NCBI GenBank assembly: GCA_003427395.1
Contig: BFEA01000031.1
Location: forward strand, 833,528-897,527
DNA from: Chara braunii
Lineage: Eukaryota > Plantae > Charophyceae
Length of the DNA stretch: 64,000 bases
Reading direction: 5' to 3'
Position numbers and translations under genes: made by a program. Under the pieces are notes generated by a model. That model saw only the letters and a list, made by a program, of their open reading frames with translations, was not told where the DNA came from and ran no database searches. Of this stretch, positions 60,864-64,000 are shown piece after piece (positions within the stretch are counted from its first letter, which is position 1; every line of letters starts with the position of its first letter).

Positions 60864-62291
60864 CTGCAAGAAGCAAATTAGAAAGGAGGATCAGAAGACG
60901 CAAGGAAGGGAAGATAGGAAGTAGAGAAGGGCATTGAGCCGGGAGCACAAGATCAGAGAGAATGGGGACAATATTTTACCAAAGATCTTTTTTTTTTTTT
61001 TTTTCCTTGGAGAGCTATGCAGTTCGCCATAATGATTTCCAATACCTTCACATACCTAAAAAGAGATTTCAAAAACAAAAATCCATTTGAAACATTTGGG
61101 TATCCGCAAGTCGTACGAGATACAAAACGGTCCTGTCTGGCACTGTTAGTCTGACACTGCTTGCGACAAGGGCAGAGCGAGCACAAGTCGGAAACTCCAA
61201 AAGAAAGGCCTTCCACGGTTCAGACCCCAAATTCGAGTTTCACAGTCAGAGGCCCTGGTCAAGAAGGGCCGAGTCAGTCAATTTCAGGAAAGTCACAATC
61301 GGGTACCTTAGCAGTCAAGATCAACAGGCACCCGGCAAACAGTCACATCTTAGGGGCAAAAGTCACGTCTCATAATGAAAACTTGAAAAGTCATATTGAA
61401 GAGTTACATCCCACGAGAAGAGAGCAGTTCCACAGGCAAGAGTCACAGTCCACAGTCAAAACCATATGCCAAAATCGAAAAGTCATGACTCAAAGGCCCA
61501 AGCAGCAGCAGACCAATGGAAATTCGGGAAGGCTCCAGGCCCTGACATTCGAAAACAGACAGGCCGTGGGGATGTGGTACCGGAACCCAGACAAGCCCCA
61601 AGAAGCAGAGGTTGGCATGAGTTGAAGTGCGGTCCAAGACTACATAAGGACTGGCCAGCCTCCTCATTAGGCAGAATGCTCATTCGCATGAAGTGTGGAA
61701 GCGCTGGTATACTTGTGCGCTATTGTGAGGGGCAGAGCGCTGCGGCCAGAGTGCTGCGCTAAGGAAGAGAGAGAGAGAGCGAGAGAGAGGAAGAGACAGC
61801 GCTGGCAGGGAGAAGGAAGCCATAGCTGCGCCAGTGCAGAGTGTTAGTGGATTGGTAGTAGACTTCAGAAGGGTTAGTAGGCATAGCAGTGGGTGTATTC
61901 AGAGTTGGGAAGAGAAGAGCCTCGAAAAAGTTACATACCTGAGTGGGGATACTGGATACTTGGGTTTGCGCTTTTGAGCGCCTGTGACTGAAACTCGTAA
62001 TTGCTTGTATAATAACTTGTTGGAATTCTAAAGCTGCGCTACCTGGTCCTCGTCTCTCTGGCCTCCAGTGTGAACTTCGCGTGATTTCATTCATGCATGC
62101 TGTGTGATTGTGTGCGCTCATTGGTGTTGAACTGAGAGGTTTGTTGCACGAACCTTGTTCTTCTTCTTGTTCTGGTTCGTTGTCATGCCGTAGTTGTTGT
62201 TCCTCTCATTGTTGCTGTTGTTATTGTTATTGCTATTGTAATTGTTATTGTTATTGTTGATGTTGATGATGATGATGATGATGATGATGTA

Positions 62292-62410
62292 GAAGTAAGA
62301 AAAGTCAGAATCTCCGGAACCACCCAATTAGTCCCATCCATTATACCAAAGACTCGTCAAGAAACCTTAGCTCTTCGGTGGATTCTTGAAGGCGCCTTGT
62401 GGAGACGACA
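62292..62410 (+). pseudogene. rps7: Mitochondrial-type ribosomal protein S7 fragment (probable NUMT)
   Basis: Translates EVRKVRISGTTQLVPSIIPKTRQETLALRWILEGALWRR, the S7 core (V.G...VP.....RQ..LA.RWI). Confidence 0.75.
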
Positions 62411-62550
62411 TTTGATGTTGATGGTCAACCTGACATGGGAGTGGTTCGTATTTTCTTTGTAGTTCCAACTCCACACACTGGAGTTCATACTCAGGACTGC
62501 CATGGGACTTCAAATCTACTGTGAAGTTTTCTGGGCACCTATGACGTTCA

Positions 62551-62907
62551 ATTTTCTTTCTTTCTTTCTTTCTTCCTCTTTTTTTTTTTTGTTTTTTTTT
62601 TTTTTTGGAATTTCCCGGCCCCTTCTATTCTGGGGGGCACCAGTCTGGTTGCTTATCACCGGCAAGCATGAGTACAAAGAAAAAAAAGGTGGAAGAACAG
62701 TGTTGAAGAAGAGTCCGCCCAACCCTTGGGGTACGAGTCACCTTCTCAAGGGGGGAACGTTCAAGTTTCAACATCTTTTTTTTTTTTTTTGGGGGGGGGG
62801 GGGTGGATTATTTAAATTTATTTCTTGATTTATGTGTGCCATCCTTCCACAGGGGCTGCACTAATCTTCTGTGTATCATTCCAATTTTAATGGATGTCCC
62901 GAAAGAC
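62551..62907 (-). mobile_element. U6 head plus LINE-like 3' tail plus poly(A) retroposed unit (U6 chimera/SINE)
   Basis: U6 62907 to ~62815; LINE-tail motif ttctggggggcaccagtctggtt...ccggcaag at ~62625-62668; T-rich tail; TSD atgacgttca (62541-62550) / atcacgttca (62908-62917). Confidence 0.8.
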
Positions 62908-63042
62908 ATCACGTTCACCAATGCACCCGTATAATCAGTATATCAAAGCATCAACCCGTCGGTATCACCGGCATCGCCATCATTGTCATCTTGTTAAGTC
63001 ATCATCAACTTCTTATTCGTTACCATCGTCCTCATTGTTGAC

Positions 63043-63078
<36 letters not shown>

Positions 63079-64000
63079 TTCTCATTATACTCATCATCAT
63101 CATTTCTCATCAAACTCATGATCATCATTGCTTATCAAGCCACCAAGCTGATAAGTATCATTTTTCTCCTTCCTTCTTGCGCCCTTACTTGAAACGCGAC
63201 TAAGGAACACATACTCTTGCTACTGTCCTTTAATTATTTACAATCTTGCGACCGTCCTCACCCAGTGCATTCGAAGCATGACCAAGTGAAAAAAAGGAGT
63301 CCTAAAAGGCTAGAGGACACTTTTGCAGATCCATTCCAAGATTTAAGATGGGGAAGATGGGGGTTAAGTTCCATTACATTGGGTCATACCAATTGAACCA
63401 AGAGGTACATCCACCCAAACAATGGCCTCTTGCTCAACTGCAAGGGCTATAGCAACCATGTTTGGCATTTCTGGTCTGATATAAACTCCGACGAAACAGT
63501 TTGTCACAGCCCCTTGTTTGATGTCCTCTTCTCCCTCTCTGCCTACGGTTTACCGGGCAGCTCTGTTTGACTATATACATGTATATCTCTATACCCTTAA
63601 AGCAAGCAAAGGGCCCAGCGTGACGCCCCCGCCGGGCCCAGCAGAAACCGGTGCAGAGGCGGAGGGTTCCAAAGGGCGCGCGGTAGTGGAGGGGCGCGGG
63701 ACCAGGAGGACGCAAGCGTGCGCAGGCCACCGAAAACGCCGGCGGACGGTGGCAAGATCGAGCGGCCGGAGGCCGACGGTTCCAAAGGGCGCGGCGGTGC
63801 AGCGGGAATGCGCTGTGCGTCGTTTCGCGGCGGTACTACGGACCATAGCCGTCATCGCGACGGGGGGGGGGACCGAAAAACGGAGCGGGCGGGAAAGTGG
63901 CGGGCCGGGAGGGCACGATGAAACGGTGCTGAAGGATGGGAGGGTGCGAGGGTGCGACTAAACGGCAGTGTCGGGGCGTACGACGATCGAACCGCGGGCA

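Overview
Eukaryotic, repeat-rich nuclear DNA with scaffold gaps. Plant-type U6, CCCTAAA motifs, a plant-type CNGC exon structure and a very large TE-filled intron point to a streptophyte, probably a Chara-like charophyte alga (inference). The only host gene visible is the 3' part of a cyclic nucleotide-gated channel (CNGC) on the minus strand. Its two exons (60863-60627 and 36510-35662) are separated by a ~24.1 kb intron of nested elements: an L1-clade LINE split by a hAT transposon and by a second LINE with a twin-priming-type 5' inversion. Downstream lie a full-length ~11.5 kb L1-clade LINE with a 15-bp TSD, a Ty3/Gypsy gag-protease remnant, several non-autonomous TIR/foldback elements and minisatellites. 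The most striking signal is five dispersed U6 snRNA-derived copies. Two are A-tailed, have separate candidate TSDs and share a diagnostic 8-nt insertion. One is fused to a LINE 3' tail inside one TSD. One is fused to a 25S rRNA fragment. This suggests a U6-headed SINE/chimera system mobilised by the resident LINEs. A mitochondrial rps7 fragment (NUMT) is also present. All alignments were done by eye.
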